A DNA stretch of 64,000 nucleotides, taken from NCBI GenBank assembly GCA_038244055.1, contig JBBRTW010000001.1:4291-68290 (forward strand), written 5' to 3'. Position 1 is the first letter of the stretch. Every line of letters begins with the position of its first letter. Source of the stretch: Tepidisphaerales bacterium (GTDB lineage Bacteria > Planctomycetota > Phycisphaerae > Tepidisphaerales > Tepidisphaeraceae). Of the stretch, positions 9,568-20,168 are shown in pieces. Both the position numbers and the translations under genes were made by a program. Below the pieces are notes generated by a model that saw only the letters and a program-made list of their open reading frames with translations, did no database searches and had not been told where the DNA came from.

Positions 9568-9987
9568 TCATTCATCTTTTTCAGGTTGGCTCAGTTCTTC
9601 GATTCGCTTCCACATCGCATCAGGCACGGGCACGACGCTCAATCGGCTGTTGCGGATCAGATCCCAACCGGCGAAGGCGGGGTCGGCCTTGATATCGGAG
9701 AGGGTGACCGGCTGGCCGAGCCTTTTCTTCGACTTCACATCGAAAACGACAATCCGCTCATCCTCTTCCTTTGGATCTGGATAAGGATTGGAGGCGACCT
9801 CGCCGATGCCGATGGCGGCCTTCTCATCGCCCGTGTGATAAATCAGAACCGCATCGCCCTTTTTGATCGTGCGAATGTGCTTCAGCGCCAGGGCATTGGT
9901 CACGCCATCCCAGACCGTCTTCTTATCCTGGGCGAATTGATCCCAGGAGTAGCAATCCGGTTCGGTCTTGAGAAGCCATCGGGCCAT
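9568..9987 (-). CDS. EVE (PUA-like) domain protein
   Basis: MARWLLKTEPDCYSWDQF...WDGVTNALALKHIRTIKKGDAVLIYHTG matches the EVE/DUF55 N-terminal signature. Confidence 0.8.
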   Translation of the reverse strand: MARWLLKTEPDCYSWDQFAQDKKTVWDGVTNALALKHIRTIKKGDAVLIYHTGDEKAAIGIGEVASNPYPDPKEEDERIVVFDVKSKKRLGQPVTLSDIKADPAFAGWDLIRNSRLSVVPVPDAMWKRIEELSQPEKDE

Positions 9988-10028
9988 GCGCGAATGCTCC
10001 GGTTGATGTTGATGCCGTCTCTTAAATC

Positions 10029-10412
10029 CTACCGACCCGCCCGCGATCCACCGGCCCCGGCCGCACCGGTGATCTCGGCCATCGGCTTCTGAATCGCCTG
10101 GCTCACCTTCCGCATGATGTCGTAGAAATCGACCTGGGCCAGATGCAGCGCCTTCATCTTGATGTGCGAGGCGATGCGATGCTGGAAGCTCTCGAGCTGC
10201 TGGTGCTGGGCATCGGTCACGGGCATGCCCGATTGCTCCTGGCGCATGAGCGTCTCGAGCTGGCGGTTGAATTCGGCGACCAGCCGCCCGGCCTCGGGAT
10301 CTTCGGAAACGGATTTGGCGGCCGTGCGGTAGCGGTCGAAGGAAGGGTGGTCCTTGAGCATCACCGCGATTTTTTCAGCGGCATCGAGAATGGTTTGCGT
10401 ATCGGTCGGCAT
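10029..10412 (-). CDS. YlbF/YmcA-family regulatory protein
   Basis: 127-aa helical ORF. Its pattern (AEKIAVMLKDHPSFDRY...DPEAGRLVAEFNRQ...) resembles UPF0342/YlbF. Confidence 0.55.
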   Translation of the reverse strand: MPTDTQTILDAAEKIAVMLKDHPSFDRYRTAAKSVSEDPEAGRLVAEFNRQLETLMRQEQSGMPVTDAQHQQLESFQHRIASHIKMKALHLAQVDFYDIMRKVSQAIQKPMAEITGAAGAGGSRAGR

Positions 10413-10487
10413 GGGTGCGTTCCTCGGTAGATTCGTTCGATTGTCTTTTCGACACTATAATCGGGCGTGTCCGGCAGGGGAAGAACA

Positions 10488-10664
10488 GGGTATCGGGTAT
10501 AGGGTGTAGGGTATAGGAAAGTGGGGGCGGATTTGAATGGACATTCTCGCCCATAGGTCGCAAACGCGCGCCGTTCCACGAACTGAGAATCCAGAAGTCG
10601 TAACCGCGCATGCATGACCGCGCCTGCCCTATACCCTATACCCTACACCCGATACCCTACCCCC
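10488..10664. repeat. Heptamer-array inverted repeat (GGGTATM units / CCCTAYA units)
   Basis: The left arm (10488-10517) reads GGGTATC GGGTATA GGGTGTA GGGTATA. The right arm (10627-10664) reads CCCTATA CCCTATA CCCTACA CCCGATA CCCTACC. The right arm ends directly at the ATG at 10665. Confidence 0.9.
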
Positions 10665-11708
10665 ATGTCCCGCTACCACCGCCAAATTCTCCTGCCGCAG
10701 ATCGGCCAAGCCGGCCAGGATCGCCTCGCCCGCGCTCGGGTGCTGTTGGTCGGTTGCGGCGCTCTGGGAACGGTCATCGCCGAGCAACTTGTTCGCGCGG
10801 GGGTGGGGCAGTTGACAATAGCCGATCGGGATATTGTTGAGCTGACCAACCTCCAGCGGCAAACCCTTTTCGATGAAAAAGACGCGGCCGAGGGAATTCC
10901 CAAATCCATCGCCGCCGCCCGGCGTCTGTCGGCCATCAATTCTTCCGTCCAAATCACCCCGCTCGTCTGCGATGTTCACTCCGGCAACATCGAGGGATTG
11001 CTGGGCATTTCGGGATCAAATCCGCGACCGGCAATGGACCTGATCCTGGATGGCACCGACAATGTCGCCACGCGCTATCTGATTAACGATGTGGCCGTGA
11101 AATATAGCCTGCCTTGGATTTACGGCGCGGCCGTCGCCAGCGAAGGCCGGGTCATGGCGATCATCCCCGGCCAGACGCCCTGCCTCCGCTGCCTCTTCCC
11201 GAATCCCCCCAGCGCCCACGAGCTCCAGACCTGCGATACCGCCGGCGTTTTAGGCCCGGGGGCGAACATCATCGGCGCGTTTCAGGCGATGCAGGCGATC
11301 AAGATTCTCGTCGGCCAGGCTCCCGAGCAGGCCATGCTGCGGATGGAGTTCTGGCCCTGGCGGATGGGGACAGTTTCGACAATCGATGCCCGGCGAGAAG
11401 ATTGCCCGTGTTGCGGGTTGCGGAAATTCGAGTTTCTCGATTCGGCCGCGGATTCGGCCGTCAGTCTCTGTGGTCGAAATGCCATGCAGGTGCGGCCGGC
11501 CGCGCGTGTGGCGATCGACCTCGACCAATTAGCACAACGCCTCCGGACCGCCGGCGAAGTGGAGCAAACCCCCCACCTGCTCCGCTGCCGCCTGAGCGAC
11601 CCAGCCGGTGTGGTTTTGACGGTCTTTCCGGATGGCCGATCGCTGATTCAGGGCGTTCAGGAGGCCGACCGCGCCCGGTCGATTCATGCCCGCTTTGTCG
11701 GCGCATGA
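10665..11708 (+). CDS. ThiF/MoeB/HesA-family E1-like adenylyltransferase
   Basis: RYHRQILLPQIGQAGQDRL...VLLVGCGALG nucleotide-binding motif. CxxC pairs are present (PCLRC, CPCC). The C-terminal ...VFPDGRSLIQGV...ARSIHARFVG tail is seen in ThiF/MoeB-like proteins. The start is ambiguous (10614 or 10665). Confidence 0.85.
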   Translation: MSRYHRQILLPQIGQAGQDRLARARVLLVGCGALGTVIAEQLVRAGVGQLTIADRDIVELTNLQRQTLFDEKDAAEGIPKSIAAARRLSAINSSVQITPLVCDVHSGNIEGLLGISGSNPRPAMDLILDGTDNVATRYLINDVAVKYSLPWIYGAAVASEGRVMAIIPGQTPCLRCLFPNPPSAHELQTCDTAGVLGPGANIIGAFQAMQAIKILVGQAPEQAMLRMEFWPWRMGTVSTIDARREDCPCCGLRKFEFLDSAADSAVSLCGRNAMQVRPAARVAIDLDQLAQRLRTAGEVEQTPHLLRCRLSDPAGVVLTVFPDGRSLIQGVQEADRARSIHARFVGA

Positions 11709-11763
11709 AGGAATCGGGCGGCTTCTTGAAGTGCCCGCCCATTCCCCCTAGCATTGGCCCGGA

Positions 11764-12720
11764 TTGAACAACGTCTTAAAACAACCCTCGCTCCATGTGA
11801 AATCCGTCCTGGAGCTCATTGGCAACACGCCCCTCCTGTCATTCAAGCGTATGACCCAGAACGTCGCGCCGGTGCAGGTGCTGGCCAAGGCGGAATGGTA
11901 CAACCCCGGCGGGTCGGTCAAGGACCGCGCCGCCATGGCGATGATCCTGGATGGCGAAAAACGCGGGTTGCTGCATTCCGGCAAAACGCTCATCGATGCC
12001 ACGAGCGGTAACACGGGCATCGCCTACGCCATGATCTGCGCCGAGCGCGGTTATAACGTTCGTCTGGCGCTGCCCAAGAACGCCAGTGTCGAGCGCAAGC
12101 AATGCCTGCTGGCCTATGGCGCGGAACTGGACATGACTGACCCGGCCGAGGGAACCGATGGGGCACAGCGGCACGTCAAGGAACTGGTCCAGCACCATCC
12201 CGAGCGCTATTTCTATCCCGATCAGTACAACAACGACGCCAACTGGCGGGCCCATTACGATTCGACCGCCATGGAAATCTGGCGGCAGACCGAAGGCCGC
12301 GTGACGCATTTCGTGGCGGGTGTCGGCACGAGTGGAACGTTCATGGGTGTCACCCGCCGGCTCAAGGAACTCAACCCGGCCATCCAGTGCATCTGCATGC
12401 AGCCCGATTCGCCGCTGCATGGTCTGGAAGGGATGAAGCATATGGCGACAGCGCTGGTGCCGGGCATCTACGATGCAACCGTTGCCGATGAGCACGTGGA
12501 AGTGGGAACCGAGAACGCCCATCGCACAGTTCTGCGCCTGGCGCGCGAGGAGGGGTTGCTGGTGGGTGTTTCATCGGGCGCCAATATGTACGCCGCCATG
12601 CAGGTGGCCGAGCGGATCAAGGAGGGGATTGTCGTGACCATCTTCTGCGACTCGGCCTCTAAATATCTCTCGGAGAGTTTCTGGACCGAAATGGACAGCG
12701 AGGCGGTGAACTGGCCGTGA
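11764..12720 (+). CDS. cysM: PLP-dependent cysteine synthase, CysM-like (possibly thiocarboxylate-dependent)
   Basis: The motifs NPGGSVKDRAA (PLP lysine), TSGNTGIA and GVGTSGT are present. The gene lies between a ThiF-like E1 and a JAMM peptidase, as in the CysO/CysM/Mec pathway. Confidence 0.78.
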   Translation: MNNVLKQPSLHVKSVLELIGNTPLLSFKRMTQNVAPVQVLAKAEWYNPGGSVKDRAAMAMILDGEKRGLLHSGKTLIDATSGNTGIAYAMICAERGYNVRLALPKNASVERKQCLLAYGAELDMTDPAEGTDGAQRHVKELVQHHPERYFYPDQYNNDANWRAHYDSTAMEIWRQTEGRVTHFVAGVGTSGTFMGVTRRLKELNPAIQCICMQPDSPLHGLEGMKHMATALVPGIYDATVADEHVEVGTENAHRTVLRLAREEGLLVGVSSGANMYAAMQVAERIKEGIVVTIFCDSASKYLSESFWTEMDSEAVNWP

Positions 12721-13166
12721 GTCAAACTATCGTGCTGCACATCTCCGAAGCGATCAAGCGGCAGATAGAGGCCGAGGGGGTGGCCGCGTTTCCGAGTGAA
12801 TGTTGCGGCATACTCATTGGCCGGGATCTGGCGGGTGGAGAGCGCATCGTCGAACGGCTGGCCCCGATGAAAAATGCCTTCGATGCCTCCGAGCAGTATC
12901 ACCGATTCACAATCGATCCGCGGGCGCAGATCGAGGCCGAAAAGTCGGCCGATGCGGAAGGAAAAATGCTGCTCGGATATTACCACAGCCACCCCAATCA
13001 CCCCGCCCGCCCGAGCGAGTACGACCGCCAGAACATGCCGCCGTTTTCGTTTTACAGCCAGGTGATCGTCTCCATCATGGAAGGCAAGCCGGCGGACATG
13101 ACTTGCTGGTATCTGGATGAGGAAACCGAGCAGTTTGCCCAAACGCGGATTGTTGTTGTAGGATGA
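12717..13166 (+). CDS. JAMM/MPN+ metallopeptidase (Mec/CysO-cysteine peptidase-like)
   Basis: ECCG glutamate motif and the JAMM motif [14 protein letters not shown]. The GTG start overlaps the cysM stop (GTGA). Confidence 0.85.
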   Translation: MSQTIVLHISEAIKRQIEAEGVAAFPSECCGILIGRDLAGGERIVERLAPMKNAFDASEQYHRFTIDPRAQIEAEKSADAEGKMLLGYYHSHPNHPARPSEYDRQNMPPFSFYSQVIVSIMEGKPADMTCWYLDEETEQFAQTRIVVVG

Positions 13167-13203
13167 TCGAGTCGCGGAAAAAACAACGAAAGAAGGAAAG
13201 ACC

Positions 13204-14169
<966 letters not shown>

Positions 14170-14170
14170 C

Positions 14171-14422
14171 ATGCGCAGTCTTGAAATCGCCAACTTGCCG
14201 GATGGAATGTACCAGCGAATCGAGGAACAAGCGGCGGCCCATGGAACAACGGTGAGCCAGGAAGCGGCTGAACTGTTAGCCAAGGCTCTCGCCGATGACG
14301 ATACTCGCGAAACGGAACTCCTGGCGGAACTTGCCGCCGGGCGGGCGGAACTCAAAGCCAAGGGAATTCCGTCCATCAGCGAAACCGAGATCCAAGACAT
14401 GAAGCAGTGGGGCCGCGAATGA
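14171..14422 (+). CDS. Type II antitoxin (FitA/VapB-like, ribbon-helix-helix)
   Basis: 83-aa ORF starting MRSLEIANLPDGMYQRIEEQAAAHGTTVSQEAAELL. Its stop overlaps the ATG of the downstream PIN gene (ATGA). Confidence 0.6.
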   Translation: MRSLEIANLPDGMYQRIEEQAAAHGTTVSQEAAELLAKALADDDTRETELLAELAAGRAELKAKGIPSISETEIQDMKQWGRE

Positions 14423-14826
14423 TTGTTGCGGACGCCAACCTGGTTGTGTATCTGCTCATCGACGGCGATTACACCCAAGCAGCGCATCAAGTTCGGAAAA
14501 GGAATCGTCCGTGGATGGTGCCTGCGCTGTTTCGAAGCGAACTGCTCAACGTTTTGTGTTCGCAAATGCGCATCTACGGCATGGAGCGCGATGACGCCCT
14601 GAAATTGTTTCAACGCGGCATGTCAATGGTTCAAGTTTCAGACGCCGCAGTTGATGCCGCCGGCGTCCTCAATTTGTGCAAGTCTTTGAAGTCCTCGAGT
14701 TATGACGCGGAATACGTCTTGCTTGCGGAATCGCTTGGCGTGCCTCTTGTCACGCAGGATGCCGCGCTTCTCCGCGCGGTTCCCAATATCGCAGTTTCCA
14801 TTGCTCAAGCGGCTGGTGCGACGTAA
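14419..14826 (+). CDS. vapC: PIN-domain toxin VapC
   Basis: MIVADANLVVYLL (first PIN Asp), ...SSYDAEYVLLAESLGVPLVTQD (distal acidic residues); about 135 aa. Confidence 0.7.
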   Translation: MIVADANLVVYLLIDGDYTQAAHQVRKRNRPWMVPALFRSELLNVLCSQMRIYGMERDDALKLFQRGMSMVQVSDAAVDAAGVLNLCKSLKSSSYDAEYVLLAESLGVPLVTQDAALLRAVPNIAVSIAQAAGAT

Positions 14827-14949
14827 TTCCAAATCTGGAATTCCCAACGCACGATCGCGGAGAATTGCGGGGAAGCCGGAAAGCCTTGATGACGCCGCCG
14901 ATTTGAAATTTCTAAAATTCATTGCTCTAGCATCACAAAAAGCCCACCC

Positions 14950-15618
14950 ATGACTCAATCCGAAATCCACCAAGCCAACACCGCTCTCGCCACCCAATCC
15001 CCCCTCGAAATCGTCCGCTGGGCCGTCACCCGCTCCGATGGCCGGGCCGTCGTCTCCACCAACTTCCGCCCCTACGAGGCCGTCATCCTCCATCTCGCCA
15101 CCCAGGTTCAGCTGGACATCCGCGTCCTCTGGGTTGATCACGGCTACAACAAACCCGCCACCTACCGGCACGGCGAAGAGCTGATCAAGCGTTTCAAGCT
15201 CAACGTGAGGCTCTATGTCCCGCGCATGACGGCCGCCCATTACGATGCGATCCACGGCGGCGCGCCCGAGCCGACCGCGGAAAATGAGGAGCGCATCAAG
15301 GCCTTCAGCACCGTCATGAAGCTCGAGCCCTTCCAGCGCGGCATGCGCGAACTCGCCCCCAGTGTCTGGCTGACCGCGCTGCGAAAAGTGCAAAACCCCA
15401 ACCGCGCCGGCATGGAAATCATCAGCGATGATCCCACTTTCAAGACGCTCAAAGTCAGCCCCGTTCTTAACTGGAACGACCAGCAGATGAACGAGTATTG
15501 CAAGCAGCATGACCTACCGGTCGAGTGGGACTACTTCGACCCCGCCAAGGCCGATGAAAAACGCGAATGCGGCCTGCACGCGGCGTGGGGCGGCAAGGCG
15601 GTTGCAAGCCAAGGCTAA
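14950..15618 (+). CDS. cysH: Phosphoadenosine/adenosine phosphosulfate reductase
   Basis: PAPS-reductase fold ORF with the C-terminal ECGLH signature (KRECGLHAAW). Confidence 0.85.
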   Translation: MTQSEIHQANTALATQSPLEIVRWAVTRSDGRAVVSTNFRPYEAVILHLATQVQLDIRVLWVDHGYNKPATYRHGEELIKRFKLNVRLYVPRMTAAHYDAIHGGAPEPTAENEERIKAFSTVMKLEPFQRGMRELAPSVWLTALRKVQNPNRAGMEIISDDPTFKTLKVSPVLNWNDQQMNEYCKQHDLPVEWDYFDPAKADEKRECGLHAAWGGKAVASQG

Positions 15619-15623
15619 CCAAG

Positions 15624-15890
15624 ATGGCGACTCGACGATTCAGCATCGCCCGCGTGATCATGGTCCTCAGCGCCCTGCTGGCGCTGGGGGCGCTGGCGGT
15701 GCTTGGGGTCTCGGCCTACGTGTTTGTCTTTCATTTGAAGGAGATGAACATGGAGGATGCGTCGATGACCAAGCGCATCTGTGCGATTTACGGTTGCCTG
15801 GCCGGGCTTTTCGCGGGTTGCTCGATCTTTTTGTATCTGAAGCTCTATCCCCGCAAGAGCCGGCAGCGCGGCTTCGACGTGATCCAATGA
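15624..15890 (+). CDS. Small two-TM membrane protein (hypothetical)
   Basis: 88-aa ORF with two hydrophobic helices. Its stop overlaps the ATG of the PHP gene (ATGA at 15887-15890). Confidence 0.4.
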   Translation: MATRRFSIARVIMVLSALLALGALAVLGVSAYVFVFHLKEMNMEDASMTKRICAIYGCLAGLFAGCSIFLYLKLYPRKSRQRGFDVIQ

Positions 15891-16756
15891 CGCGGCAGTT
15901 CGTCGACCTCCACTCCCACTCCACCGCCTCCGACGGCACATTCGCCCCCGCCGACGTCGTTCGCCTGGCCAAATCCGCCGGCCTGGTCGGCCTGGCCCTC
16001 ACCGATCACGACACCATCGCCGGCATTACCGAGGCCGCGGCTGAGGCCAAAAAGCTCGAGATCACCTTTATTCCCGGCATCGAAATCTCGGCCGTCCCGC
16101 CCATCGATAATGGCACGCTCCATATCCTCGGCTATTGCATCGATCCGCAAAGCCCCGCGCTGGCCGAAATGACCCGCAATCTCATCGATGCCCGCGACGA
16201 TCGCAATCCGAAGATCATCGCCCGACTGCGTGAGCTCGGAATCGTTATCACCATGGATGAAGCGGTCAACTACGCCCGCGGCGGCGTGCTTGGCCGGCCC
16301 CATATCGCCGCGCTTCTTATCCGCAAGGGCATCGTCAAGACCGTCAAGCAGGCCTTCGATGAGTATCTCGCCCCCGGCGGCAAGGCCTACTTCGACAAAG
16401 AGCGCCTCACCCCCCGCGCCGCCATCTCCCGCATTCGCCAGTCTGGCGGCCTGCCCGTTCTTGCCCACCCCGTCCAACTCCGCGCCACCAACCATGCCCA
16501 GCTCGATCGAGTCATCAAAGACCTTCTCGATCTCGGCCTGGCCGGGATCGAAGTCATCCACAGCGACCACTCCCAAGCCCTCGTCGATAAATACACCCGC
16601 CTGGCCGATCGCTACGGCCTGCTCAAAACTGGCGGCTCCGATTTCCATGGCGGCAACAAAAAAGACATCTCGCTTGGCACCGCCAATGGCCGGCGCATCC
16701 CCAGAAAATTCATGGATGACCTCCTCGCCCGCGCCGCGAACCCAGTCCGATTTTAG
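15887..16756 (+). CDS. PHP-domain phosphoesterase (TrpH/YciV-like)
   Basis: MTRQFVDLHSHSTASDG, LALTDHDT and GSDFHG motifs. The ORF-track start at 15509 is an implausible upstream extension. Confidence 0.85.
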   Translation: MTRQFVDLHSHSTASDGTFAPADVVRLAKSAGLVGLALTDHDTIAGITEAAAEAKKLEITFIPGIEISAVPPIDNGTLHILGYCIDPQSPALAEMTRNLIDARDDRNPKIIARLRELGIVITMDEAVNYARGGVLGRPHIAALLIRKGIVKTVKQAFDEYLAPGGKAYFDKERLTPRAAISRIRQSGGLPVLAHPVQLRATNHAQLDRVIKDLLDLGLAGIEVIHSDHSQALVDKYTRLADRYGLLKTGGSDFHGGNKKDISLGTANGRRIPRKFMDDLLARAANPVRF

Positions 16757-16833
16757 CCGCTCCGCTTGCGGAGCGCGTCCATCGGCGCACCAACCCGATC
16801 AGTCGGAGCATGATGGAGAATTGGAATTCAGAT

Positions 16834-18957
16834 TCATCGCATATCGCGGGCGCCAGCGGCGTTGGGATCCAGACGCAGGACAAAGACCTGGCTCTTGGCA
16901 TCCACCGCCCAAAACAGATGCCGCTTGTTATCGTGCATCAGGCCAAGCGAAACATTTCGGCCTTTGACTCCGCTGGGGTCGTCGCCGGTGATTTTCAGCG
17001 AGATCCAGCGACCGGCGGCCGGGTCGAAGGCGGGCGTTCGGCGAACACCGCTTTCATCGGCGGGCAGTGTGCATCCGGCCAGGACCAGGTCGTGATCGGG
17101 GTCGTAGCGGAGCTGGCAGAGATAGGAGATGGAAGCCGCCGCGGGGGCGTTGGCCGGCTCGATCCGGCTGGCTTCGAGGGTTTTCATGTCCAGCGCGTGG
17201 ACGATGCCGTCAAAGGGATGCGTGTCCCCGTATTCCTTGCGGACCATCAGGAGGCGATCGCGCTTGGAGTCATAGGTCATCGTTGAATTGTCGACGCGCG
17301 AGCCGGGCAATTTCGCGCCGGTGACTTTCAGCCGGAGCCATTCGCGCTTGCTCGCATCGAAGCGGAAGATCGCGCCGTCCTTGGTCCAGCAGGCGATACC
17401 GGCCGGCGTCGGGCAGAGCGTCAGGTCGTAGAAGCAATCGCCATGATCCATCCCTTTGGGTTTGGGGGCGCGCGAACTCCAGTCAGCGCGGTCGGGGTCG
17501 TAGAAGTAGGAATGGGTTCGTCGGCCGGTGAAGATCATTTGCTTGATGAGCGGTTCGTAGGCGTAACTTTGATAGGAATGGCCGGTGATCCAGGGGCGCC
17601 GATTCAGGTTGTAGCCATCGGGATATTCTGTGTTTGAATAGGTCTGGCCCAGCGGGAACTCAACCGGAAAAGGGAGCTCCCAGCGGCCGGTGGCCAGATG
17701 AAAGTGAAGCACATCCGAGCCGCCATGCGCGCAGTGCCCACCGGAAAAGCGCAGGATCTGATCGCGATCCACATCCAGCACTGCCGTTCCCCAGTCGCGA
17801 TTCACCTGCGGTAACTGCGGAGGTTTGATGGCGACCCAGGTGTTGGCGGGCAGATTACCGAGGCGCTGTTGAAACGCCTGCGCATCCGGAACGGGGTCCT
17901 TCAGGAAAAAGTCCGGATGAAATGCGCCGGTGCGATACTGACGCGTATCGGCCTCGGCGAGTGCATCGGGCGCGGAACTGCTCCAGCGGTCGGCGGCGAT
18001 GTCGTAGGTGAATTCGCCATCGGCGCGGTTGATGTACTGGCCGCCCATGTAGTCGGTGTTGTTGGCGTACTGGTAGCCGCCGCTGAGTTTGACCGTGCCA
18101 TCGCCGGCGGCGGTCAGTGCATGGTTCGCGCGAGGCGGCGGGGCGGTTGGTGGCTGGCGGCAGGTCCAGGCGCGGGAGTTGGGGTCGAAGGCCCAGGTGT
18201 CGCTCGTCACATAGTCGCAGTGGTCGCCGCCGAACAGAATGTAGAGGCCGGTTTTGCGATCGAAGACAATTGGGCTGAGGGTGCGGGCGGGAGGCTCCGC
18301 ATCCAGAGGCTCGGCCGCCTGTTCGAGCGCGCGCTGAATTTCCCACATCGCGTGCATCGATTCAGCATTGAGATCTTCACCCAGTGACTTTTCGACATCC
18401 GCGGACTGCCGCGCTACGGCCACCAGCCTAAGCACGCTACGATCGCGCCGGACCGCATCGCCGCCGTTGAGGGTTTCGCCCTTCAAACCCGCTTCGAGCG
18501 ATGAAACGTCTTTGGCGATTTGGGATTGGGCGGGTAGGAGCTGATTTCTGGCCGCTGCCTCCCGGCGCTCGGCCGGAAATCCCTGGAACCATGCCGAGCG
18601 CGCCTGCGCGAGAAGTTTCGCCTGATCGATTGCCGCCTTCACGCAGAGGTCATGGTATCCCTGCAGCTTGTTCGCCTTGCGCAGGTCGGAACCGATCGGC
18701 GTCCATTTGCCGCCTTCCAGAATCCGCGTTCCGGCCCGGCCATCTTCGGCCGACTGGTCCTGTCCGCCAAAGGCCAGTCCAGCGCCATCCGGGCCTTCGG
18801 CGGACGCGCCCCAGATGATCGGCTCGTGAAGATTCACCCCGGGCAGGCGGTAGGGTTTGGGTTTTGCCTCGGCCGCGCTTGCCGGGCGCTGCGCGGCGAT
18901 CGCCGCGACGAGAATGATCGAGAACACAAACGATGCCGTCCTGACCGGTTTTGCCAT
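16834..18957 (-). CDS. Secreted hypothetical protein, possible Kelch-like beta-propeller
   Basis: Signal peptide (MAKPVRTASFVFSIILVAAIAAQRPASA). Repeated GG..., W.F/W motifs (FGGDHCDY..DTWAFDP, FSGGHCAHGG). The functional assignment is weak. Confidence 0.4.
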   Translation of the reverse strand: MAKPVRTASFVFSIILVAAIAAQRPASAAEAKPKPYRLPGVNLHEPIIWGASAEGPDGAGLAFGGQDQSAEDGRAGTRILEGGKWTPIGSDLRKANKLQGYHDLCVKAAIDQAKLLAQARSAWFQGFPAERREAAARNQLLPAQSQIAKDVSSLEAGLKGETLNGGDAVRRDRSVLRLVAVARQSADVEKSLGEDLNAESMHAMWEIQRALEQAAEPLDAEPPARTLSPIVFDRKTGLYILFGGDHCDYVTSDTWAFDPNSRAWTCRQPPTAPPPRANHALTAAGDGTVKLSGGYQYANNTDYMGGQYINRADGEFTYDIAADRWSSSAPDALAEADTRQYRTGAFHPDFFLKDPVPDAQAFQQRLGNLPANTWVAIKPPQLPQVNRDWGTAVLDVDRDQILRFSGGHCAHGGSDVLHFHLATGRWELPFPVEFPLGQTYSNTEYPDGYNLNRRPWITGHSYQSYAYEPLIKQMIFTGRRTHSYFYDPDRADWSSRAPKPKGMDHGDCFYDLTLCPTPAGIACWTKDGAIFRFDASKREWLRLKVTGAKLPGSRVDNSTMTYDSKRDRLLMVRKEYGDTHPFDGIVHALDMKTLEASRIEPANAPAAASISYLCQLRYDPDHDLVLAGCTLPADESGVRRTPAFDPAAGRWISLKITGDDPSGVKGRNVSLGLMHDNKRHLFWAVDAKSQVFVLRLDPNAAGARDMR

Positions 18958-19108
18958 GGGCGATTCCTCCGCGAGAGATGGGCCTGAATGGCTATACCGG
19001 ATTGGCGGCCGAGTGTGGCGGGGGCGGGAGGAGTGCGAGGGGTGAGTAGCGCGCCTGCGCGGATTGAACGTCGGCCATGATGTTCATCGGGCGCAGTCGT
19101 CAGCCGCG

Positions 19109-20113
19109 TTATTTTCCGCGCCGCGTGATGTTGAAATTGATCGGCCGGGTCAGACGAACGGGAATGGGCGTGCCGTTCAAGCGCGCGGGCTGGAATTTCC
19201 AGGAGCGGGCGGTGCTGACGGCTTCGTTGTCGAGGATGTCGTGGCCGGATGAAGCGAGGATGCGCACATCGGTAACCTGGCCGGTGGCGTCGATGGAAAT
19301 TTCGAGCGTGACCGTGCCGGACCAATCCTTCTCGTACGCCTTTTCCGGATAGCGGGGGCTGCGGTTGTCCTCCGAGGGCATGGGAACGCCATCGGGCACG
19401 CCCGTGCGGCCGCCGCCATCGCCGGTCGCGGAACCTTTGCCTTGCGCGGCCGAGGCGGATTGGCCGGCATTCTGGCCCGGTGTTCCGCCGGAGGCCGGGA
19501 TGGGCTTGGATGGCGATGAATTCGTTCCGGCGACGGAGGCCATGAGTGTGGATGAGCCCCCGGATGCACCAGAGGGGTTGGTATCACCGGCCGTATTGTT
19601 CTCACTGGCCGATCGCGGTTCATCGGTGATCAGCGGGCCGATCGCGATGGGCGGGCGATTGAGGCTGGCCGGCGCGGTGATCGGCTGCGTCGGGAGCGCC
19701 GGCAGAGGCTCGGAATCCGTACCGGCCAGATGATCGAGCGTGGGAGCGTGCGGGGTGATGGGCGGCGCCTCCAGCGGCGGCGGTGCGAGCAAAGTTGAGG
19801 TTGGCGGCGCATCGGCCAGCGCGCCGGGCGGCGGGATGATGATGGGGGCATCGGCGATGTTGCCCAGCGCGGGCGCACCGGCCGGCGTGCCGTCGAATTG
19901 GGCGGCGTTGCCAAACCGAAGTTCGAGCGATGGCTGACTGAAGAACTCGACCTTGATCAATACGGCCGCCGCGGCGTGAGCGGCCATCACCAGCGCGAGG
20001 ATGATGAAGAAGGAATCATCGCGGCGGCGATGCTGCCGATGATCGCCGAAAAAAAGACGGCGCAGCAGACCCGGTCTGGATACCGGATCGAGGTTGCGCG
20101 GAGGTTGGGGCAC
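19109..20113 (-). CDS. TonB-family energy transducer
   Basis: N-terminal TM helix, a Pro-rich spacer, and the C-terminal YPEKAYEKDWSGTVTLEISIDATGQVTDVRILASSGHDILDNEAVSTARSWKFQPA TonB-C domain. Confidence 0.75.
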   Translation of the reverse strand: MPQPPRNLDPVSRPGLLRRLFFGDHRQHRRRDDSFFIILALVMAAHAAAAVLIKVEFFSQPSLELRFGNAAQFDGTPAGAPALGNIADAPIIIPPPGALADAPPTSTLLAPPPLEAPPITPHAPTLDHLAGTDSEPLPALPTQPITAPASLNRPPIAIGPLITDEPRSASENNTAGDTNPSGASGGSSTLMASVAGTNSSPSKPIPASGGTPGQNAGQSASAAQGKGSATGDGGGRTGVPDGVPMPSEDNRSPRYPEKAYEKDWSGTVTLEISIDATGQVTDVRILASSGHDILDNEAVSTARSWKFQPARLNGTPIPVRLTRPINFNITRRGK

Positions 20114-20168
20114 GGGGATAGTATAGGCGATGCGCGACAGAAGAGAAAAATGAGCGTAGAAGATTGAC

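Noticed and set aside
15509-15886. Upstream 126-codon extension of the PHP-domain ORF; likewise 51302-51670 for arsM.
   Set aside because: The extensions overlap better-supported genes: the cysH end and small membrane ORF in one case, the DGC-domain gene in the other. They are Arg/Gly/Pro-rich. The canonical family N-termini ([27 protein letters not shown]) start at the internal Met codons.
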